Below, in pieces: positions 1-7,053 of a stretch of 20,063 nucleotides of DNA. The DNA is from Nanopusillaceae archaeon. Lineage in GTDB: Archaea; Nanobdellota; Nanobdellia; Nanobdellales; Nanobdellaceae. Location of the stretch: positions 1-20,063 of the forward strand of contig JBMFJL010000005.1 of NCBI GenBank assembly GCA_049973735.1, in the 5' to 3' direction. Both the position numbers and the translations under genes were made by a program. Position 1 is the stretch's first letter. Every line of letters starts with the position of its first letter. Below the pieces are notes generated by a model. It saw nothing but the letters and a program-made list of their open reading frames with translations, did no database searches and was not told the DNA's origin.

Positions 1-37
1 AGGGCTTATATTATTTCTAAACATTTATAAATTTTAT

Positions 38-553
38 TTATAAAGCTCTAACAAGTAAAGTGACGATATATTTCTTTCGACCAGACCTTTTATCATATTT
101 AAAAAGTTTTCTAGTTATTTTTATGCTTCCATATTTTTTTAAAAATTTATAGTAGTTTTTTATCTTATTCTTCCCAACATATAAATATATATCGTAAGAC
201 TTTTCACCATTTTCCTCTATTTTTTTTATTAAATCATTGTTTTTATTCACAAACTCTTTAATTTTATTTATTATTTCCAAATCTAAATTTCTTATTTGAA
301 TTATTAAATTATATTTTTTTATTTTTCTTTTACATAAATCACATACCACATACCTTATTTTATCATTTTCCTTTATTTGGAAATTATCATACCATTTATT
401 CTTATATCTAACTCTACCACAATATCTACATACATGTACAACTCTTTCCTTTTCCTCTTCCTTTTCTTTTTTGTATTTTATATAACATTCTAAACAAAGA
501 CCTTCATATAACTTATCTGTTTCCCTTCCACAAGCAGGACAGATCTTTTTCAT
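38..553 (-). CDS. NMD3-like zinc-ribbon protein (short archaeal homolog of the NMD3 N-terminal domain)
   Basis: 171-aa ORF. Four CxxC pairs lie in the first ~75 aa (CPAC, CLEC, CRYC, CDLC), with the CRYCGR...NKW pattern I associate with the NMD3 N-terminal domain. The ATG overlaps the stop of the upstream gene (ATGA on the minus strand at 550-553). It is the last gene of a co-directional overlapping chain. Family call is from motif memory only. Confidence 0.5.
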   Translation of the reverse strand: MKKICPACGRETDKLYEGLCLECYIKYKKEKEEEKERVVHVCRYCGRVRYKNKWYDNFQIKENDKIRYVVCDLCKRKIKKYNLIIQIRNLDLEIINKIKEFVNKNNDLIKKIEENGEKSYDIYLYVGKNKIKNYYKFLKKYGSIKITRKLFKYDKRSGRKKYIVTLLVRAL

Positions 554-837
554 AAAAACATTAAAAATACATAAGGTATGCCTCTTATTGTCTTCACATC
601 ACTTTCTTCAATAAAATTATATTTTTTAAGGATGTTTATAGATTCTCTTCCAACCGCATATACAAAATATGAAGATTCTATTTCTTCTTTTGATACATTT
701 TCCCTTTCTTCTCCCTTAAAGAATTCATTAATATTTAGTATTTTATCCCCTTCCTCAAAGACTTTCCCATATAAATCTTTATCACATAAAACAATTACAT
801 CACCATACATGTCCTTATACTTTCTCACCAGAATCAT
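550..837 (-). CDS. DUF424-like small archaeal protein
   Basis: 95-aa ORF. The VLCDKDLYGK..EG...L.I..FFKGE pattern and the C-terminal TIRGIPYVF resemble the archaeal DUF424 family. Start and stop both overlap neighbouring genes by 4 nt (ATGA at 834-837 and 550-553). Confidence 0.45.
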   Translation of the reverse strand: MILVRKYKDMYGDVIVLCDKDLYGKVFEEGDKILNINEFFKGEERENVSKEEIESSYFVYAVGRESINILKKYNFIEESDVKTIRGIPYVFLMFL

Positions 838-1262
838 TTTATATTATATATTACAGGACTTTCAGCACCACACGCAAGACATTTTATATAATAAATTCTA
901 TCTTTTTTCTCTAATTTAGTATCTAACTTTTTACAAACAGGACATCTTACAAAGATATCGATAAACTTATTTACTTTTTCTCTTATTTTATCTTCTTCTA
1001 TCTTTTTTTGCAATATTATTTTCCCCTCTTCTATTTTAGATGCAACATTAAATTCTTTTCTTAAAAATATAGCCAAAAGTTCTATATTTCTGTTAATTAC
1101 ATCACAAATATGTTTTGCATTATCTATAGAAGTCCATTTCCCAGTATAACTTACCTTTGGCATTGGTACTTCTATCATACCCAACCTAGATCCCTTTACA
1201 ACATTTATTTTCTTCAATTCCTCATATGCTTCATTAAGCATTTCTTCATATGATGGTATCAT
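834..1262 (-). CDS. eif2b: translation initiation factor aIF2 beta subunit
   Basis: 142-aa ORF. The C-terminal zinc ribbon FVRCPVCKKLDTKLEKKDRIYYIKCLACGAESPV and the length are typical of aIF2-beta / the eIF2-beta core. The ATG overlaps the upstream stop (ATGA at 1259-1262). Confidence 0.85.
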   Translation of the reverse strand: MIPSYEEMLNEAYEELKKINVVKGSRLGMIEVPMPKVSYTGKWTSIDNAKHICDVINRNIELLAIFLRKEFNVASKIEEGKIILQKKIEEDKIREKVNKFIDIFVRCPVCKKLDTKLEKKDRIYYIKCLACGAESPVIYNIK

Positions 1263-1840
1263 ATAATTTTATATTTTCCTGAAGAAGATTCATAAATTTC
1301 TCCAGAGGATAATAAATCCTTTATTATCTGGTCTACTAGTTTTTCATTTTCAAAAAATTCTAAAATTTCATTAAGTGAAACGCCATCTCCCTTATCATTA
1401 TCCCTAATAAATTCTAATATTTCTTTTCTTAATTTTTTATATTGATCTAGATCATCATCTGGATTAAAATTCTCTTTAATTATTTCTTTTTCTTCCTCAA
1501 GCCTTTTTATTCTTTTCTTTTTCTTTTTCCTAACCTTTCCATAAATTGTCAAAAATCTTTTTCTCCAAAATATCTCATCACCCTTAATCTTAACCAAATA
1601 TTTTCCTAAAATATAATAATTTTCATTATTATCTTTTGATACATTTCCCAAAACAATTACTGTATCAAATGGTTTTACCTCATAATATTCAAATAATACA
1701 ACATCAATATATCCAAAAGGATCTAACAACTTCAATCTAATTAATTTTTTCTCTTCTTCAATGTTTACAACTTTGCCCAATACAGATACTTTCTTATTTT
1801 CATATTCTTTCAAATCTTTTGAAAAAATTGGTCTATACAT
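1259..1840 (-). CDS. OB-fold + C-terminal winged-helix protein (RPA32/Stn1-like architecture), function unknown
   Basis: 193-aa ORF. The N-terminal ~100 aa show an OB-like beta pattern (KKVSVLGKVVNIEE..IRLKLLDPFGYIDVVLFE..FDTVIVLGNV..YILGKYLVKI). A Lys-rich linker follows (KVRKKKKKRIKR). The protein ends in a helical module closing with GEIYESSSGKYKII. The ATG shares one base with the mcm stop (TAATG on the minus strand, 1838-1842). Confidence 0.6.
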   Translation of the reverse strand: MYRPIFSKDLKEYENKKVSVLGKVVNIEEEKKLIRLKLLDPFGYIDVVLFEYYEVKPFDTVIVLGNVSKDNNENYYILGKYLVKIKGDEIFWRKRFLTIYGKVRKKKKKRIKRLEEEKEIIKENFNPDDDLDQYKKLRKEILEFIRDNDKGDGVSLNEILEFFENEKLVDQIIKDLLSSGEIYESSSGKYKII

Positions 1841-3828
1841 TATACTAATTTATATTTTTGTGGACCAGATTCATATATATAACCTTCTTTCAACAATCTT
1901 TCAATCATGCTCTTTATATCTTTTTCATCAAACTTATATTTCTTCCCTTCATTTATTATTTCTGATATTGGTACCCCATCTGGGAAATCTTTTTGTAAAT
2001 CTTTTATTATATTTAATATATTGGATAGTCTTTTTCTTTCTGTGGAAGAATAACCAGTCATGATTATATCTATATCTAATTTATTTGTTTCTGGATTTAT
2101 TCCTACTTCAGATAAACTATATTTTAATAATTCTATTGCCAAGTTCACATCATCTTCTGTTACAATTTTTGATAATCTTATTTTTGCAGATGCCTCTGCC
2201 AATCTAATTATTGCCATTAATTGTCTTAATGTAATTGGTATTGTTTCTGGTGATGCTCTTTTTCTTAATTCTATATAAAATTCTTCCACCATCTGTGTTG
2301 CTTTTTCAGTCCACTTTGGTTCAATTTTCTTTGCATATATTATATATTTCCTCAATAAATCCTTATCTAATATTGGCTTCTCTTCTTCATTTATGTTTTT
2401 TAATATTTGTCTAACAATTATTAGATCTTGTTCTGGATTTGGCTCATCAATTAAAACGAATATTAGATCAAATCTATTTATTATTGTTGGAGGTAGATCT
2501 ATTTGATCTGCTATATTTTTCATTTTATCCCATCTACCAAACTTAGGATTAGCTGCAGCCAATATCGATGCTTCCGCCCTTAAAGTTGCATGTATATTTG
2601 CTTTATCTACAGTTATTGTTTGTTGCTCCATTGCTTCGTGCAAAGACATCATTTCTTCATTTTCTAATTTATCCAATTCATCTATACATACAATACCTCC
2701 AGAAGTTAATACTAATGCTCCTGCCTCCAATACCCATCCTCCCTTCAATATTTCATCCTTTCTTACAGAAGCTGTTAAACCAACCTTTGATGCAGTAGTA
2801 CCTACTACATATTTGGACTTTGGGGCTATTTCAGATACATATCTTAATAACTTCGATTTTCCAACACCAGGATCTCCAACTATTAATATATGTATATTTT
2901 TTCTTTCTCCAGATGCTCCTCTTCTACTCCTTCCAGATACCAATTGCAACGCAATTGCTTTTTTAATTATATCATATTGCTTTCCATATAAACCCGGGGC
3001 TATTGATTGTGCAATCAATGAAATTGGATCTGTAGATTTTGCAATTTCTAAGATTTTATTTTCATCTTCTGGAGATATTGATATATCTTCTACATCTTTA
3101 TCAATTGGCTCTATATATATTGCATCAATATATAAATCTAAAATAGCTTTGGTTTTACTAGATCTTATTTCCCTCAATATACCATATACTTTTACCCTTA
3201 TTCCTGGTAATGTTTTTCTTTCCATTCTAGGTTCACATAAATCTTCCTTTAATATTACTGTAATTTGAGCAGGTTGTTCTCCCCTTTCAATTTGATCTGC
3301 TGGCTCTTCAATTAGTAATCTTTGTAAATCTATTGTTTCATGATCAACCTCTATAAATTTTCCTTTTGTAGATCCGCATATAGGACACTTTGTTGGTTTT
3401 ACTATACTAAAATCTTCATTTTCCACCCAAAATTCTGACCCACACAATTCATGCACATATTTTGTCCTTAAAATATATGGTCTGACCTCTGAAGATATCT
3501 TTATTATTCCCTCTACTTGTATCAACTTATCCTTATGACTAGATCTTATATCTCTTATCCTAAGGTATCTAAGATTCTCTGGTAAATTCTTTATCCTTAC
3601 TTTTACTTTTCTTCCGAGTCTTTCACTAAAATAATTATTTAATTCGGCGAAAAAATTGTCTGGATTATTTAATAATTCTTCTAACAATGTGGGTGTTAAT
3701 GTGTACTTTATTTTTTCAAAATCTAAAACTATAGATTTATCTTCTTCTCTTAAAAATTTCTCTACTTCATCTTTAGAAGCATAAAACAAATTCTCAAGCA
3801 TTTTTTTGTCATATTCTAATTTATCCAT
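1840..3828 (-). CDS. mcm: MCM replicative helicase
   Basis: 662-aa ORF. Motifs seen: Walker A IVGDPGVGKSKLL, Walker B GIVCIDELDK, arginine-finger region NRFDLIF, sensor-2 region TLRQLMAIIRLAEASAKIRL, N-terminal zinc motif HELCGSEF...CPICGS, and a C-terminal winged helix ending EGYIYESGPQKYKLV. No intein-sized insertion is visible. Confidence 0.95.
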   Translation of the reverse strand: MDKLEYDKKMLENLFYASKDEVEKFLREEDKSIVLDFEKIKYTLTPTLLEELLNNPDNFFAELNNYFSERLGRKVKVRIKNLPENLRYLRIRDIRSSHKDKLIQVEGIIKISSEVRPYILRTKYVHELCGSEFWVENEDFSIVKPTKCPICGSTKGKFIEVDHETIDLQRLLIEEPADQIERGEQPAQITVILKEDLCEPRMERKTLPGIRVKVYGILREIRSSKTKAILDLYIDAIYIEPIDKDVEDISISPEDENKILEIAKSTDPISLIAQSIAPGLYGKQYDIIKKAIALQLVSGRSRRGASGERKNIHILIVGDPGVGKSKLLRYVSEIAPKSKYVVGTTASKVGLTASVRKDEILKGGWVLEAGALVLTSGGIVCIDELDKLENEEMMSLHEAMEQQTITVDKANIHATLRAEASILAAANPKFGRWDKMKNIADQIDLPPTIINRFDLIFVLIDEPNPEQDLIIVRQILKNINEEEKPILDKDLLRKYIIYAKKIEPKWTEKATQMVEEFYIELRKRASPETIPITLRQLMAIIRLAEASAKIRLSKIVTEDDVNLAIELLKYSLSEVGINPETNKLDIDIIMTGYSSTERKRLSNILNIIKDLQKDFPDGVPISEIINEGKKYKFDEKDIKSMIERLLKEGYIYESGPQKYKLV

Positions 3829-3857
3829 ATATGTAGATTGGAAAAAAGATAAAAAAA

Positions 3858-3868
3858 TTTTAAATATA
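3858..3868. promoter_or_regulatory. TATA-like element in the divergent mcm / tRNA gap
   Basis: TTTTAAATATA preceded by an A7 run. Its centre is ~29 nt upstream of the tRNA 5' end (3892) and ~35 nt upstream of the mcm ATG (3828) on the other strand. Confidence 0.35.
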
Positions 3869-3891
3869 GTTAAGAAATATATTGAATAATT

Positions 3892-3979
3892 GGGCCCGTA
3901 GCTCAGGGGTGGAGCGCCGGCCTTATAAGGCTACCCCTGGGAAAGCCGGAGGTCGGGGGTTCGAGTCCCCCCGGGCCCA
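3892..3979 (+). tRNA. tRNA-Ile (anticodon UAU) with a 16-nt intron
   Basis: Cloverleaf read by eye:
- acceptor stem GGGCCCG/CGGGCCC
- D arm GCTC-AGGGGTG-GAGC
- anticodon stem CCGGC (3917-3921) / GCCGG (3945-3949)
- loop C-T-TAT-A..A with anticodon TAT at 3924-3926
- variable region AGGTC
- T arm GGGGG-TTCGAGT-CCCCC
- discriminator A; no encoded CCA

The stems are almost pure G/C, in an otherwise AT-rich window. Confidence 0.85.
3928..3943 (+). other. tRNA intron at canonical position 37/38 (boundaries +/-1 because of an A run)
   Basis: 16 extra nt (AGGCTACCCCTGGGAA) lie between anticodon-loop positions 37 and 38. A relaxed bulge-helix-bulge can be drawn:
- 4-bp helix C3922-G3941, U3923.G3940, U3924.G3939, A3925-U3938
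- 3-nt bulge 3926-3928
- 3-nt bulge 3942-3944
- short intron hairpin G3929-C3937, G3930-C3936. Confidence 0.7.
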
Positions 3980-3984
3980 TCAAA

Positions 3985-4401
3985 CTATTTTATACGAACT
4001 GTTATGTTTTCTTGATAAACATTTTCTGTTAATTTAACTAGACCAGTAGTATTTATATAATATTCAGTATTATTAAGTGGTATTACTGTTATATTCAATA
4101 AATCACATGAAGTTATAAATAAATTTATTCCACCATTAAAGTAATATTCTTGACCATTTTCCATACCAATGCTTAAATTATTTTTTACAGGACTAATTAA
4201 TACTTTATAGGTTATATTTGTTTCTGACAATTCTACATTATAGTTATATTTGTTGATACATTCTGTATTATTTTCTACATTTATATACTTGGTATAATTG
4301 GTAGAAGCTATAATTTTTACAGGTCTTGTAGCGGAATAAAAGAAATATGCTATAAATATTAATATTAATAAAATAAAAAGGATGATAAAAAATTTTTTCA
4401 T
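3985..4401 (-). CDS. small secreted or membrane-anchored protein, N-glycosylation-sequon rich, unknown function
   Basis: 138-aa ORF. The N-terminus MKKFFIILFILLILIFIAYFFYSA looks like a Sec signal peptide or signal anchor. The remaining ~110 aa contain eight N-x-S/T sequons (NYT, NNT, NIT, NLS, NIT, NNT, NTT, NIT). I recognise no family. Confidence 0.55.
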   Translation of the reverse strand: MKKFFIILFILLILIFIAYFFYSATRPVKIIASTNYTKYINVENNTECINKYNYNVELSETNITYKVLISPVKNNLSIGMENGQEYYFNGGINLFITSCDLLNITVIPLNNTEYYINTTGLVKLTENVYQENITVRIK

Positions 4402-4408
4402 TAATTTT

Positions 4409-5740
4409 CTACTTTACTTCTATCTTCTTTTCTTTTACTTCTATTATCTGACCTGCACCAATTGTTTTGTTCATATCTCTAATTGCGAATTTTCCTAATG
4501 TAGTTCCTGGGAAATCTTGGAATCTTTCTACTACTAATGGTTTTGTTGGTACAAACCTTACAATCGCTGCATCTCCTGTCTTTAATCCTTGAGGATTCTT
4601 TTCTACCTCTTGTCCAGTTCTTGGATCCAATTTAGATACTATTTCTACAATTTTACATGAAACTGCCGCTGTGTGTATGTGTATTACTGGTGTGTATCCT
4701 ACTGTTATCATAGATGGGTGCCATAGTATATATACTCTTGCTGTGAATTCTTCTGCAATCTTTGGCAATGGTTCTCCTAACTTTCCTACAACATCACCCC
4801 TTCCAATATCACCAGCTTCTGGTCCTTTTACGTTAAATCCTATATTATCTCCTGGTAATGCTTCATCTAACTTTTCATGGTGCATTTCTATAGATTTTAC
4901 TTCACCTACGACTCCATTTGGTTTCTTTGATGGTAAGAATATTACCCTGTCACCTGGTTTAAGTTTACCAGATTCTACTCTACCTGCTGGTACCAATCCT
5001 ACACCCTTTATGTTATATACTTCACTTATTGGTATTCTAAGTGGTTTATCTTCCAATCTTGGTGGTTGATCTAATAGATCCAAAGCTTCTAATAGTGTTG
5101 GACCATTATACCATGGCATATTTGGAGATTTCTTTGTTACATTTTCATCATCGTTAAATGCAGCAACAGGTACAACTGCCTTTATATTTTTTTCTGTATA
5201 TCCCATTTGCTTTGCCAATTGTAATACCATATTCTTTACTTCTTCAAATCTTTTCTGATCATAGTTTACAGTATCCATTTTTGATATCGCAATAATCAAC
5301 TGAGGAATACCAAGAGTTCTTAATAATAACATATGTTCTCTACCTTGTCCCTCTGGTCCTAATGCTGGCTCTGTCTCACCCTTAGATGCGGATACAACTA
5401 GGATTGCTGCATCAGATTGTGCAGATCCTGTGATCATATTCTTAATAAAGTCTCTATGTCCTGGTGCATCTAAAAATGTAATTTCATATTTCTTTGTTGG
5501 TACTTTAATTGCTGCGATATCTATTGTCAATCCTTTCTTTCTCTCTTCTAATGATCTATCTAATAGATATGCCAGATATTCGTTTTCGAATCCAAATTCT
5601 TTTGCCATTTTCTTTAATTCTTCTAATGTTTTTTGATCTACTAATCCCAATGATACCATCAATCTTCCTACTAACGTTGACTTTCCATTGTTTACATGCC
5701 CTACTACTACTAGGTTTAAGTGTGGCTTCTGTCTTGCCAT
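4409..5740 (-). CDS. tuf: translation elongation factor EF-1 alpha
   Basis: 443-aa ORF. G1 is GHVNNGKST, G3 is DAPGHRDF, and the G4 region is SKMD. Domains II/III are typical of aEF-1alpha (e.g. RIPISEVYNIKGVGLVPAGRVESGKLKPGD). Confidence 0.93.
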   Translation of the reverse strand: MARQKPHLNLVVVGHVNNGKSTLVGRLMVSLGLVDQKTLEELKKMAKEFGFENEYLAYLLDRSLEERKKGLTIDIAAIKVPTKKYEITFLDAPGHRDFIKNMITGSAQSDAAILVVSASKGETEPALGPEGQGREHMLLLRTLGIPQLIIAISKMDTVNYDQKRFEEVKNMVLQLAKQMGYTEKNIKAVVPVAAFNDDENVTKKSPNMPWYNGPTLLEALDLLDQPPRLEDKPLRIPISEVYNIKGVGLVPAGRVESGKLKPGDRVIFLPSKKPNGVVGEVKSIEMHHEKLDEALPGDNIGFNVKGPEAGDIGRGDVVGKLGEPLPKIAEEFTARVYILWHPSMITVGYTPVIHIHTAAVSCKIVEIVSKLDPRTGQEVEKNPQGLKTGDAAIVRFVPTKPLVVERFQDFPGTTLGKFAIRDMNKTIGAGQIIEVKEKKIEVK

Positions 5741-5949
5741 TTTCCAATATATTTATAAAAAGGTTTATATAATGTTCTAGTTTTGGTATAATCCTTAGCA
5801 TATAAAATGTATTAATCTAAAAGGATGATAGATTACTTAACAGACTTATAAAAGTATTTAAGCAATATTCTGAATCTTTTTTACTTTAAAATATTAAACA
5901 TATTGCTATAAAAAACAATATGAAATTGTTTCTATTTTTTAATATTTAT

Positions 5950-5969
5950 AAAAACAAAAATTTTAAAAA
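5950..5969 (-). terminator. oligo-T termination tract downstream of the DsbA-like gene
   Basis: On the minus strand, directly after the TAA stop (5970-5972), the sequence reads TTTTTAAAATTTTTGTTTTT. Oligo-T runs are the usual archaeal termination signal. Confidence 0.4.
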
Positions 5970-6923
5970 TTAGCTCTTTGTAGTAAGTGCCCTAAATATT
6001 TGATCAAAATAATAATATGGCAAAGCTCCTGCAAATTCTATCAAGATATATTTGCTATCTGGTGTTCTGTATATTGTATAACTCAGTCCGTATTGTCTTA
6101 ATTGATTTAATACATTTTGTACTTGTTGTATCGCACCATAATCAATCGATGATGTTTTTGCAGCAACTATAAATGTTGGTGTTCCACTTACTCCGTATAC
6201 ATTGGTAGCTTCCTCCACACCTTGAACTATTTGATTATAATATGTCTTACTATCTACACATTCCTTTATTTTATTTACATCTAGACCGAGATTTTCTGCT
6301 TCTTTATTAAATGCTTCGTAAACTGCACTTTCATTTGGCAATGTTGCCCAAGAAACCCCTCCAGATAATCCATAGTTATACCAGGACCAGTTCTGGAATA
6401 CATCCCATGTTTTGAATCCATACAATTTATATACACATGTTAAATATTGTGTTACAAGGTATGTATACTGATGGAATGATAATGGAAAATCTTTGTGAAC
6501 CCATGCTATCTTTCCAGTGTTAATATAGTTCTCCTTTATTTGATCAAAAGTTGTTATATGGAATCTATCACAATATGGACATTGATAATCTGTATATTCA
6601 TATACTATTACATTAGCATTGTTTGGATCTCCATAGGTTGGATTTATTTCAGTTATATTTGGTAATGGTACTACAGGTAATGTTTGTAAATAAGATTCTA
6701 ACAAAGATTTTGGTGAGCCGGATGAACCTCCTGATGTCAATTGGAGCTTTGCTATACTTTCAGATATCATATAAGATCCAAATATTACTGCCAAAGCAAC
6801 TACTATCGCCCCTATTATTACTGGTTCTCTTAAATATTTCTTTATCTTTTCATAATATTCTATTTTTCCTTCATTTGTTTCTGATAATTCTTTTTTTTCT
6901 TCTTTATTTGTAGATTCTACCAT
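5970..6923 (-). CDS. membrane-anchored DsbA-like thiol:disulfide oxidoreductase (thioredoxin fold, CPYC)
   Basis: 317-aa ORF. It has a charged N-terminus, one TM helix (VIIGAIVVALAVIFGSYMI) and a Gly/Ser linker (TSGGSSGSP). The thioredoxin-fold domain carries the active site YQCPYCDRF and the cis-Pro loop VSGTPTFIV typical of the DsbA family. Confidence 0.8.
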   Translation of the reverse strand: MVESTNKEEKKELSETNEGKIEYYEKIKKYLREPVIIGAIVVALAVIFGSYMISESIAKLQLTSGGSSGSPKSLLESYLQTLPVVPLPNITEINPTYGDPNNANVIVYEYTDYQCPYCDRFHITTFDQIKENYINTGKIAWVHKDFPLSFHQYTYLVTQYLTCVYKLYGFKTWDVFQNWSWYNYGLSGGVSWATLPNESAVYEAFNKEAENLGLDVNKIKECVDSKTYYNQIVQGVEEATNVYGVSGTPTFIVAAKTSSIDYGAIQQVQNVLNQLRQYGLSYTIYRTPDSKYILIEFAGALPYYYFDQIFRALTTKS

Positions 6924-7053
6924 TAGGATATATTGATATAAACGTTTTTAAAAATTTTCTTTTTGCTTTATAAAAAATAAGATCAAAAATTATAAGCTGA
7001 AATAAACTTTACAATATTTTTCGATGTAAAAAATTAAATAAATTATTTGTTAT

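Noticed and set aside
3985-4401. Small secreted protein considered as a type IV pilin/archaellin-like protein.
   Set aside because: The N-terminus lacks the class III signal pattern, in which a short charged leader ends in G/A immediately before the hydrophobic helix. It looks like an ordinary Sec signal or signal anchor.
5819-5880. C/D-box-like arrangement on the plus strand in the tuf-upstream gap: AAAAGG-ATGATAG ... TCTGA-A-TCTTTT, with a possible 6-bp terminal stem.
   Set aside because: The C-like box is AUGAUAG, which loses the G that pairs with the D-box C. No C' box is present, the D'-like box is CAGA with a 9-nt spacer, and the sequence is entirely AT-rich. Too degenerate to call.
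5741-5969. Longest non-coding stretch (229 bp), with three CAATAT(G)-type motifs and a 7-bp inverted repeat (5899-5905 / 5916-5922). Considered as a replication origin or ncRNA locus.
   Set aside because: There are no ORB-like repeats with G-strings, no GC-rich structured core, and the small ORFs are 17 aa or shorter. The content is adequately explained by the DsbA-gene oligo-T terminator plus the tuf promoter, and short AT inverted repeats are expected by chance here.
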